Positions 48,801 to 60,800 of a stretch of DNA of 64,000 nucleotides are shown here, one piece after another. The DNA comes from Hyphochytrium catenoides. Lineage: Eukaryota; Protista; Hyphochytriomycota. The notes beneath the pieces are model-generated. The model was given only the letters and a program-made list of their open reading frames with translations, was not told the origin of the DNA and ran no database searches. How positions within the stretch are numbered: the stretch's first letter is position 1; each line of letters opens with the position of its first letter. The position numbers and the translations under genes are program-made. The DNA lies in NCBI GenBank assembly GCA_900088475.1, contig FLMG01002472.1:1-64000 (forward strand), written 5' to 3'.

Positions 48801-51800
48801 AGTGTGGATGCATCGCCCGGTGTCATGTTTCCGGAAGCGGGTGTCTTCGCATTTCAAGCTTCAGATCTGGGGGTACGATGCCGCTTTGGTGATGAAGTGG
48901 TGGGGGGAAAGGTAGTATCGGCTAGGACGGTCTCCTGTACCTCACCCCCTCATGTTCCCGCAACCGTTATATTTGGTGTTTCTTTGAATGGAATAGATTT
49001 TTACCACTGTCTACAGCGCTACACCTTTCTCAAGGAAATGGATAATTTCCTGCTTGTTCCAGTACGGGGGCCATTGGAGGGCGGCAACACTTTGACTGTT
49101 TACGGAGCATTCGCTGAAGCGACTGCGGCACTTGGGGAGGAAGGAAGTAACAGCAACGGCACCTTTAGCTGCCGCTTCGACGGACAAGATAAAGCGCAGG
49201 TTGCTAGTGTCGTTGCCACGGACTTCATTACGTGCGTCGCACCACCTTCAACTTCTCCTGGACCCGTGGCGGTTCAGGTCCTTCTGAACTCTCAGGAGGT
49301 TACTCTTGCATCAACACAATACTACTACGAACCGAATTGGTATGTGACAGAAGTAGTTCCCTCATCTGGACCTGCTAGAGGTGGAACGATAGTGTCAATC
49401 CGGGGTGGACGATTCCGAGACTACAACTCAGATCTTCTGTGTCGGTTCGGATCCAAGGTGGCCAAGGCGCGCTGGATATCAGAAAACGAGCTAAGCTGCG
49501 AAACTCCATCTCAGAGCCCCGTTGATGAAGTTCAGGTACTGGATATAACACCAACGACTTCGCAGGGTATCACTGGTACCTTCGCCCTGAGTGGGGGTGA
49601 AGTTTGTCTCGAGGATTTGGAGGGCATTTATTGTGAGACTCCCAAGACGGCAGCCCTGCCCGCTAACGTTAGTGCTTTTGTACTGCAACATGAGCTAGAG
49701 CTTCTTCAGGTGAATGGACCGGTGAAAGTCTCTGTTGCTTCTCCATCCGTCCCGACTGTTTTCAGATACTTAATCACATTCACCGGCGGACTCGGAGCCA
49801 TCCCCCTACTGCAAATAGCTGAAAATAGCCTTGATCAAGGCACGGCCATGATGAGCCGGTTGGTGTCTGGTAAACGACAAGCTGCCATGACTGTGCCTTT
49901 GCATATCTCGTTCAATGGGCAAGACTTCGTGGCTGGAGGGTACAACATCAACTTTACCTACCATGATGAAGCCTTGGTATCAGAGATAGTGCCTGACAGG
50001 GGGCCCTTAACAGGCCATACTGAAGTCTTGGTGCTTGGCGAGAACTTCATCAACCATGCTGGTCTAGCATGCAGCTTTGGAGAATCTCCGGAGGCTGTTG
50101 TTGCTGTATCCCGCTTCATCAACAGTTCCGCGGTCATCTGCATATCTCCCCGGTCTCTTAGGGAACATCCTACAGAAGTCATCGTCAGGGTTTCGAATAG
50201 CTTCAATGGCGCGCTGGAAGGCTTCTCGTCCATTGGTGTTCCTTTCCGCTATGAAGAAGTCCTTTCTGTTAGCGACCTGGTGCCATTCCAGGGCCCAGTA
50301 TCGGGCAATTTCTCCGTTAGAGTGCTTGGCAAACACTTTTCTAACTCTTCGAGATTACGTTGTCGCTTCGGCAGCGTAGTTGTTAAGGGCCTCTGGAAGA
50401 GTCATGAAGAGATGCTTTGTATGGCTCCTCCCCACCCGGCCGGGATGTATCCTGTGTCCGTTTCCAACAATGATCAAGACTATGCGTCCTCCAAAGCTCC
50501 TTTCTACTTCTACCCTGACCCCTCCCTTTCTCGTATAGTTCCGATAGCAGGACCTGCCCTGATTGGTGGCACAGCCGTGACTGTTCATGGCAGAGGCTTT
50601 GTCAATTCGTCCCTTCTCGGTTGCCGCTTTGCCAACGTTACTGTACCGGCAGAGTTCCGCAGCGCGAGTGAGATAGTGTGTAGGTCTCCCTCTGTCACAA
50701 CAATCATAAGGAACGTTTCCGAAGTTCTGGGGCGGTACTCTCTTTCCGAGTTCCGAACCCGCCATCCGAACCCAATGACTGGCAGTCGCTTGTTGTTTCC
50801 TGGATCACAGTACTATCCTACTTACCTGGCCAAGCTTGTCGGCTTAGAGGTGACAAATAATTGGCAAGACTACACAGATAATGGTATAACTTACCTATAC
50901 CAAGCTGATGCCTTGGTGACAGGAATCTTCCCCCGATCGTCCTGGGACAGTGGCAGAATATCTCTCTTCGTTCAGGGCAGAAATTTCGTGAACTCAACCC
51001 ACCTCTCGTGTCGCATCGGGGAACAATTAGTACATGGTTCGTTCCTGAGTGACACCCTTGTCCTTTGCCATGGGCGGTCACACGCGCTGGAGCGGCCTCA
51101 GCAAGGCTTTTACAGTCACCATCTCCCTCAGACGAAGAACCTTCCCCATGCAATGAAGGGCGTTCCAGGTCCAAAGGATCCAGCCTCACTTTATGTAGAA
51201 ATCTCTAACAATGGTGTTGATTTTACTTCTAGTCGCACGGTTTTCGAGAGCCTTGGGCCCTGTCCAACTGGTTCCTATTGCCCTCTTGGCGTTGGGACAG
51301 CCAAGTACATCTGTCCACGCGGAGCCTACTGCCCTGGCTCTCAAAACGCGAACTTCACCCTCTGTCCTGCCGGCACTTACCAACCATCCTATGGTCAAAA
51401 TGACTGCCTCCGTTGTCCTATCGGGTACATTTGTCCTGAGTTAGGCATGCATGTGCCTAGAATTTGTCCCGCGGGCTTCGTTTGTGATGTTAGCGGGTTA
51501 GTTAGCGCAGAACAACCATGCCCTGAAGGACATTTTTGTCTAGAAGGAACAGCGACAACTGTGACTACATGCGGGCATCCCAGGCCGTCTAGCAGGCTAT
51601 TCCCGACACTATCACACGCTGAACTCCCGACAACGTTCCGGAGGAATCGTCGACCAGAGGGCTCAAGGCTTGTGCTCGGTGCTAGAAATGCAGGCTGCTG
51701 GAGTAATAGCACTTCTGACTTTGGGCTCCAGGTTAGCGATGAGCCTGCCCGGTTTTGGATGGAGAGGCATCTGATGCCCTTAGCAGCAGATTCCCCTTTT

Positions 51801-54800
51801 AAGCCGTTTCGAGGTCGGTACTGCCTGGATGATAGCTGTATGCTGCTAGATGATCTGGAAAATCTGGCTGTCGCAGACTATGCCTTCGATTACTCCTCCA
51901 CGGCTTTTGCTATGCGCAGGCCCGTTCCGTGCCCAGCAGGAACTTATTGTCACCCAGGCACCGCCAGCGAACTCACTACAATGCGAAACCTAAGCTCCCC
52001 TCAGCCTTGTATCGAAAGCATGTACTGCCCGACTGGTACCACTAGTCCGCATGGAGTAGGTGATTGTCCGCGGGGATTTTATTGCCCGTTTGGTGAGAAG
52101 TTACCATGCCCCGCAGGAACCTACTGTCCACGCTCAGGACTGTTCGATCCGCTTCCATGCGCGCCTGGAACCTTTAATGCTATGGTCGGGCAAGAAAGTT
52201 GTACACTGTGCCCTGCTGGATACATATGCCCTGGTTTCGGTCGCCTGCAACCCACAATTTGTCCAAATGGATACGTTTGCAGCAAAGAGACTCTAGCCTC
52301 GCCAAATATTCGGTGCCCCAAGGGATTTTTCTGCCCCAACGGCACCATTACGTCTGATCCATTCCGCAACGATACTACTCTAAGACCTTACCCCTGCGCG
52401 CCAGGAAGTTTCTGCATGGGTGGTGTTGGGTACGACGAGGTCCGACCTGGTGATTTCCTGTATGCCCAGCCGTGTAAGCCAGGCTTCTACTGTGAGCTCG
52501 CATCGGTATCTCCTCAAGGTTCAGGTCTTTGTCCCAAAGGATTTTACTGTCCGGAAGGGACGGCGGTACCTATCCCTACGCCTAAGGGCAAGTATGCTGC
52601 CACAGAGGGAACTGTACGACCAGCAGACTGCTTGCCAGGTTACTACGCGCCAACTATAGAGACTGTACTTTGCTACCCATGCCCCCCTGGAACCGAGTGC
52701 GAAAGCGACGGGATGAGTGAGGCTGTGGTCTGCCCCCCTGGTACATATAGAGGCTCTCTGGAGGACGATGGTATCACTTGTCTTCCATGCCCTAAGGGTA
52801 CATGGTCTAAGAATTGGGAACTCCGAGATATTTCTGAGTGCACGCCTTGCCCAACAGGAACAGTCTGTCCAACCGATGGTATTATGGCGCCTTGCAGTAT
52901 GGCAGATCTTCCCACGCCTTACGAGCCTGTGACTGGAAAGATGCTAAATCAGGAGGACTGTCTCAAGTTGGGAAGTAACTACTTCTTTGGGGTCCTCTTA
53001 GAGCCATGGATTGATAACAAGGGTAGAGGGCCACACTTCCGGTCATGGAGAAATGGCACCTGCTTTTACAACAGACAGAAGGACGGCTCTGTGGTGTACC
53101 AACGGTTCAGAGATTACTTTGGGCCCATGTTCGATATAGTAAGGGGCGTGCCGCATCAAGGATATGGAGACGCTGGGCAAGTAACCCCACCTCACTTTTT
53201 CGGTCGGGGGTCCTTGTACATCAATCTGGACAACTCGCGTAAGTTCAACCAGACCTTTAACTGTACTCCTGGATTTTTCCAGTGGAACGATATTTTGCAA
53301 GGAGACCAGTGGTATCCAGGAACTTGTGAAGCAGATATTTTTTGCTACTCTTCGGAACCTTCAAGGGTAAAGCCTTGTCAGGAAGGGTTTGTCTGTGATG
53401 AGCGGACGGGCTTCGTGGAACAGTTCCGCAGCCCTTGCAAAGAAGGTTATGTATGCGACTTTGGAACAACACCAGATACCTCATTACTAGCTCCTCAAGG
53501 GCAGTACAAACGGCTATGCCAAGAGGGGTATTATTGTTTAGATGAGTCAGGACCAAGTACTTTCAAGAACTTTCCTTGCCCGACAGACTACTTTTGCCCG
53601 ACAGGTACCGCCCGACCAATGATTGGTTTGATGGCGAACGATGCTTTGAATCGGCAGCTAGACACACAATCAGCAGATCCTTTCTTCAATGTTGTTCACC
53701 AAGTGGGGCTCTCCATTGATGACCACAAACTCATTTCCGACCACGATTTCCGTTGTCTGAAAGGTGCTAGCCAGGAGCTGCAGCAAAACTACATCTATCA
53801 AAGGGATCCCGTCAATGGCAAAACCAACTGGACTACCGTGGCGATTATGAATGACCTTTACTGCGGCAGGGACCACAAATGGAGACACGTGGCGAACGCT
53901 ATTCACCGCAAAGTTTGCAACTGCACGCAGCAGATGCAGGTTATCCAGCGTATCTTTGAGTTTTGGAAGTGTACCACCAACCTCTCTAAACAATTTGATG
54001 ACATTGGCTATGCATCTTTTGAGGCTGTAGGTGGTGGCTATGACGTCTGGCACCCTCGAAGGAAGCTGCTGTCTGCTAATCAATGCCGCTATTACTCTCA
54101 AAATGGCGGGCTACGGGACTATCGGGCTGAATTAGAATCCGGTGGTGTGAGCTTTCGATGGGCTTGGGCAAACACAAGCCGCTTTGGATCCTACGAGAAC
54201 CTGAAGCAGTTGGTGACAGAAGAATTTGATCGACAGGAATTAGAGTTGGCCTTCCAGCAAAGATGGGAAGTAGATCCATTTCTTTACGATATCTGGGCTG
54301 GGCTGCGCCTCATCAATCAATACGGCGACAATGTGCCCGAGCTTATCAAGCTCAATTTGACTACAATGGAACCCCTCCGTCTGGATGTCTGCGAGTGCCA
54401 ACACCTTCTTCGGTGTCCAAATGGGACCTCCTCGACTGCCTACAGCAAAAGTGTGTTCGATTGCGGGGGCTTGAAGGACCCAGTTGTCATCAGAAGGTTC
54501 ATGCCAATCCCTCTTACAAACGGTAGACTTGATAATGGAACGGACTTCAAAATGCTGACTGGCTCAACCGGCACTGCTGGACTTGGTCAAGTGGAGTTGC
54601 AAACTATGGAGGTAGCCATACTTTCACTGAACTTTACTAGTATGTCCACGAACCTTACGTATGGGCAACATTATGAGATCTCTGCTTATGTGGGTTGCAA
54701 GCCCTGCCCACCGCAATACATGTGCCGGTATGACCTAACAGAGCCGTATTGTCTTTCCCCCTCTGAGGATGATCAGAGCTTGGCGTATACCGAATGCGCC

Positions 54801-57800
54801 ACCCAACGAGGTGCTCAGTACTGCCAGAGCTTACCTTACTTCTGCTCTGAAAAAACCTGGCCAGGTTACGCTGTAAATGTTGAAGGAGAGGCCATCATCC
54901 AAAATCACGTCCAACCAGGCTGTTGCTCTTGTATGGCAAAGAGGATGCCCTTCTACTTTGCAGACTCATCAACTAAAGACCCCGGCTATCCAGATAACAA
55001 GCACACGCTCTTGCAGACGTCCTTCACTGCTCTGAAGCCTCTTAACCTCACGCTGGCCGTAGAACTGAAAGATGCCCTTTACCTTGCCGAGTTTGATAGT
55101 GCCATGGCAGCATCTCGCCCCGACCTCAAGATCTTTTCCCCATCCAGAGCTGTAGTGGATAAGAAGATAGAGCTAGGGAACAATGGCGAGGTCCTTCAGA
55201 GGGATACTAACATCTTCTCTTTCCTGGCAATCATTCAAATGGAGGATTTTGACGAGCTGATGCTACCACTGAACCTTCCTCTAAGTCAATCCAAAGACTT
55301 GAAGACAGGGGCTGTATTAGGAGGTCTGGAGGAAGATTTACTAGTTGACCGCATTTCCGATATTCGTGTCGGGAACGAAGACTATCTCAGAGACTTCAAT
55401 CTTTCTAGCTACACAATGGAAGATAGCTATGATCCCACCTATTGCCAGCAAGCCTTAGCTGACTCCTCGAACGAGCCTGACAACGATTTGGTGGGACAAG
55501 AATGTCCCTCTTTGGGCTCTGATCTCTCTCTCACCCCGTCGACGTACCTGCTCGGCTCTGGAGGAATAGACCCATATCCAGTAGTCATTCCTACGGAAAA
55601 GACGCAGATGGGGTCCTCCTTTTGGACGATGGGAGACACGGAGCCATTCGAGTTCTTGACTCTGCCCTATCTGCCATTCTTTTCAAATTGTGAAGGCTAT
55701 GGGAGCCGGTAAGAAAGTGTTCTGTTATGCAGTTGCATCATTGTTTCCGAATCATTGAACTTTGTGCTTTAGTGTGAGCATCAGCAAGCTGGTTGAGGAT
55801 CATCCCGAGTGTGAGCTGGTGCCAGAGAGCAGCACTATGGAGGTTGATCAATACCCATGGAACGACAAAATGACCCCAGTAGCAGACCAATGCCTTCACA
55901 GGGTTACTACACCAGCTGGGGAAAACGTCACTGAAGGAATAAGCCTAAAGTGTCAATATGAGGTAAGCCTGTGGTGACACAGTAGTAGCCCTTCCCGTGT
56001 TCTCGATATTCAAATCCTAATCCGTCAGTTGACATTTTCCGCCCCTCTGAATCTCCTACAATGAAGTAACGCCCTTTAATCTATCCCTACAGGAAAATAT
56101 TGATGCTCCTGCGGAGAAGAAGCGATGGTTTGAGGTTGATGCCGGAGAGACACTCTTTTACTTAACAAAAGAAGCAATTGCTCAGAGCCAGCTCGAGGGA
56201 GTACCGTACACAGGTAAACAAGAAACGACTTCCGTGTTCAGGCAAAAGGTTGCTTGTCCACCCATGTGACTCAACCGTTTGGGTGCTCCACAGGCCCATC
56301 GACGGTACCTGTTTATGAGCGACCGCCAGAGCAGAAGTGGGGAAGGACGGACTCACTCGAAAAATTGCGGAAGTCAGACATGCTTATCACGGTGGCACGT
56401 AAGTTGCATATAGAAGATCAAAGAGGAATTTAAAACATGACAGTTTCCCTGCTTTGGCAGCTATTGAAGACCGAGGTGGCCAGAGGTTTTGGATACCGAG
56501 AAAAGTGAGACTCACCATTGAATACTATCAGGTTCGAGCAAGTAAAATTCCTTATTGCAAGGTGGCCATTTTAACGCCATTCTCCAAATGCCTATCACTG
56601 TAGAGAACCAAGGAGCTAAAAGAGCTTGTGAACGCCTATCTTGCTTTCGAGGACTCGTGTACGACTGTGAAGAAGTAAGAATAGTTTTGAGATAACTCTT
56701 GGCGGCAACGTTTCTCCTTGACTTAGAACTCCCCCTTTTTCTTGGTACGCTACTCACTTGTCTCTTCCTGATGTGACAATAGCACAAATGCCACTTGCGA
56801 GCTAGATGCGATAACAAGCACCATTAAGAGTCGAGAGTATGAGCTGGTGGTGATCTATGAGCCCCTTTCGTGGTTCTACCTTCTAAATCGCTTCCAGTTT
56901 TCCTTCGACGTCTACATTGCAATGTTCTTTTTGGTTGGTATGTCAACCATGGTGGAAGCGGTAAGTCTCGATAGGTGCGGAAGCAGCAAATTCTTAGCTA
57001 GGCCGGTGGTAAAAAAGGTTCTGAATGGCCAATTCATATTGGGCAATTATGTCTGAAATTGAAAAGGAACATACACGGAGCTATACGTGTCCCTGACTCG
57101 AGTTTTCACGTGTGCAGATTCTGATCTGGTTGATCAATCGGATCCTGACCCGACTACGTTACCCTCCACCTCTAAGGATCAAGGCATTTCTACCTGTCAT
57201 CGTACCTCAGCCGTTCTTTGGAGTCGCAATTGCCTCACTTCCATTCATCTTATTTATGATCATTTTCTGGGTCTGGTGGGTTGTTTTCTCCTCGTCGGTA
57301 AGTGAGCATTACGGGAAAGTAGAAGCAACGCCTAGAGCATACCAACGACCTCAAAGTCCAATGTGTTGTTTTCCGAGTTAAATCTTACAGCGCTGGGCCG
57401 TCTTGTCAAGCACGTACTTTCCTTGTGGAGTTGACACGTTTCCAACAGGACCCCAAACTTCGTCCCAATCCTCTGTCTTTTGAAGACTGGAACGGCGATT
57501 GGATGAATGTTGCAGCGCTGGACGCCACCCTAGTTCGTCAGTATAAAGTTGGGCGATTTGGGGTCTCCTTGTTTGCGCTAGGCGTCTTCGGCGTATTCAC
57601 ATGTGAGTCCGGAGTATGGCTCTGTCTTTTACGCACATCCACAGAAAGCAAGGAACAGAGAGGGGTTGTCGTGTGAAGCATCCGGGAGAGGTTCCCTGTG
57701 AATCATTGGTAGTCTAATTGGGATACGGGAATAGCAAGCGAATGATCAAACGGCAGAGCGCAAGGAGACTCTCGCAGAAAAATACAACTGAACTGGTTGC

Positions 57801-60800
57801 CATTGTCTAATCTCTCTGCCTTGTACAGCTATGAATGCCATGATCAATGACAAGTTCGACAATCGGCCAGAGGACGACGTGCAGCAAGAAGCGGCCCTTG
57901 AGGACCAACTTGACGAGGAGATCGACATTTCCGACCTAAAGCCTAATCCACTATGGCAGCCAAGACAGTGGCGACGGTCCGCTTACCTCCTTGCCATCGT
58001 AGCGACAATGTTTCCCCTCCTTATTGTCTGGGAGTTTTCGTATTCAAAGGCATTTGCAGACTATTTTCTGCAATTAACCTTCATTTACCGGTTCCTATCG
58101 GCAAGGCTGGGTCTTATTCCAGAAAGGTACGGTCTGCTACTGGTTTGCTTTAGCGATTATTGGCAGCTTGCTTCTGTCGGCATCCTTGCCTACCTTTTTA
58201 CGGCGAAAGAGCTTGCAGTGATAATCCCCACCTAAATGGCGGTATTGGCCACTTCTCTATTCTTTCTATGCAATGATCTCCTCTAATCTGCTTCGGAACT
58301 CTTTTAATCTTTTGCTGTAGATTCGTAGATGGCGAGAAACTCTTAGTGGACCCAATGAACATCATGATAGACTTTACTGGCTTCGTGGTTGGAATGGGTG
58401 CACCAGAGTTCACTTCTTTCCTATGGGGATCATTCATGGACACGGGCCTCAACCTTCTATTCAGAATATATGTGGAGTTTGCAATGGAAGAATTTATCAA
58501 CCACATTCCGAAATGGAAAATGATGATTAAGAGGAAGTTAAGAGGGAGGAAGAGACTTACAAGAGAGGAAAGAGCTAAAGAGGTAAGAAGTAACCCTAAA
58601 AAGGGCATCCGGACCTGTTCTTCTAACTTCTCCCTGCAGGAAGCACAATGGCGGGAAATCAACGAAGAGTTGGAGCTGAAGGCTGAAGGAGTGGAACCAC
58701 TACTAAATATGTTCAACGCCTACACTCCAGGCGTGGTCTGCTCGTACTTCAACCCTCTACTACTTCTCTTCTTCATCGCCTTCTACGATATTATCCAGAT
58801 CCCTTCTCTGTATGGGCTTTCGAGGCTGTCTCTTCTCTACTACTTCCTTTCTCAGGTTATGCTCATCCCTGCATGCCGTTTCCTGGATATATTCGTGTTC
58901 AACATTGTGGAACTCGTGTACGGTCTCAAGGTGTATGATTACATATCGTATCAGAAGTATCGTTTCAGTGTCCGAGAGAAGAGATGGCAGCTGGACAACG
59001 ATGTCTTTGATGAGAGTATTGAAGAACCGATGCAGTCTATGGACAACCTTTGCTTCTCCTCCCAGTACTACTTCATATCCACCTTCTCGGGGTTATCGTG
59101 CTTGTTCATTCTCTTTGCAGTACAGATTTTCCATCACACCAATTATCATTTCCTAGCGGATCCAGCTCTTCCGTTGATTGTTGTTATCGTGTGGGCAATG
59201 GCCTTTGTGATGAAGATCATCCTTCTCAAGGTAAGGAGTTGGGGAATTCTCCCTTTACCTGCCCTGCTTGTACCTCTCTTTGGGCTATCCAAAGATCGTC
59301 TGCGCGAGGTGGTCTTATCAGTTTATCTTGTCTGACCTGCTTGTCTGCTGGCTCTGCTACGTTTGTAGCTGGCCGACAAAGCAAAGCTCTGGAAAACCAA
59401 GAAGCTGGAAGGGACAGTGGATGACGACATTGCGGCCAAGCTCGCACTGGGAGAAGGCAGGAACGCTGATCTAGAGAGAGAGAGATTGGAGCTACAGGCC
59501 ATGAACTCAGAAAGGTTTAGGCATCGCTTTCTTGAGAGGAATAGACCATGGATTCTTCAGCACATGGTAGGCATGTCTCGACCTCCTCGTTCTCCTGATG
59601 ACCCTTTGTCTTCGCTGCGGTCGTCACTCTGTCGACTATCTCCTTTGGTCATAGAAACTGTAGGTAAACGTAAGCGCTTTGTTTATTCGGTGTTCTATAT
59701 CAGGTCGAGCTGCTAACGCCGCGCACTCTCGGAATGCCGGGTCCTGATGGACGGCCCAACGTTGAGTACATTCGGGACGTATACAACGACCTCATGAGGC
59801 TAGGAGAAACTGGAGCCTTAGGGGGAGGAAAAGGACCGGGGGGCGCAGGAGCAATCGCTGGGTGAGCGGATTGCACCATCTCCAATCGTGTTCGTCGTAT
59901 TGCTTGCGTTCTGCAGTGGATGAGGTCAACATATTGACCGCTTGTTTCTTCTTTCCGCATCTTATGAACGAAGCTCAACACTACGGTGTATCCTCCCTCT
60001 GGCACATAATTGCCTTCGACTCACCTTCCCTCACTGCAGTTTACTAACACCTTAACGCCATTGATTTAGAGATATCTCGTCTGACAGTGAGGACGAACAG
60101 GAGCGGCAGAGGAGAAACTGGTCCAAGGTCCCTTTGTCAGGCACATCGCGCGTTATCGCCGTCATGTGGCTGAAGAGGGCAAGAAAGAGAAGGACCTTCT
60201 CCTCTCTGATTGCTGGTAGGAAATTACCCCATATCGAGCTTGCAAACCTTGCCACGGTCACTTTTGAAGTCCTTGCTCCCATCTGCTCTGTCAACTCTGG
60301 CCCGCTCGCTCATATTTCTTGTGCTTAGTCGGTTCGTCTGTTCGTTGACCCATTCTCCCCCAAACTATAGGTCTGCTTTGCCAACTCTGGCCCGCTGGCT
60401 CATATTGCTTGTGCTTAGTCGTTCCTCTGTTCGTTGACCCATTGTCCCCCAAACTATAGGGTTTATAAAGCAGAACGTGGGCGATGAATGTGCCCTCTGC
60501 CATAAACGGACAGAGCATGGTGCATCAATGGTTTGCCATCTGGCTTCCGAAGACGGTGCAGAGGCGGATCCTCACGCTTTGGATAGAATTATTCGAGGAT
60601 TTGAAGAGAAGCATGGACCAGAAGAAACAAATCCGGAGCTGTGGAAGGCATTCTTCCGGTATGCCCGAGTGTGCTCTATTAGTAAAAGCGCTATTGGAGG
60701 CACTTATTAGGGTCGCATGAGCTTTGTGAAGAGATGAGAGTAAATGAGTTGTGGAAGGAGGATGCCCTTTAGTCTACGGTGCTCTAGGTTGGCACCAATT

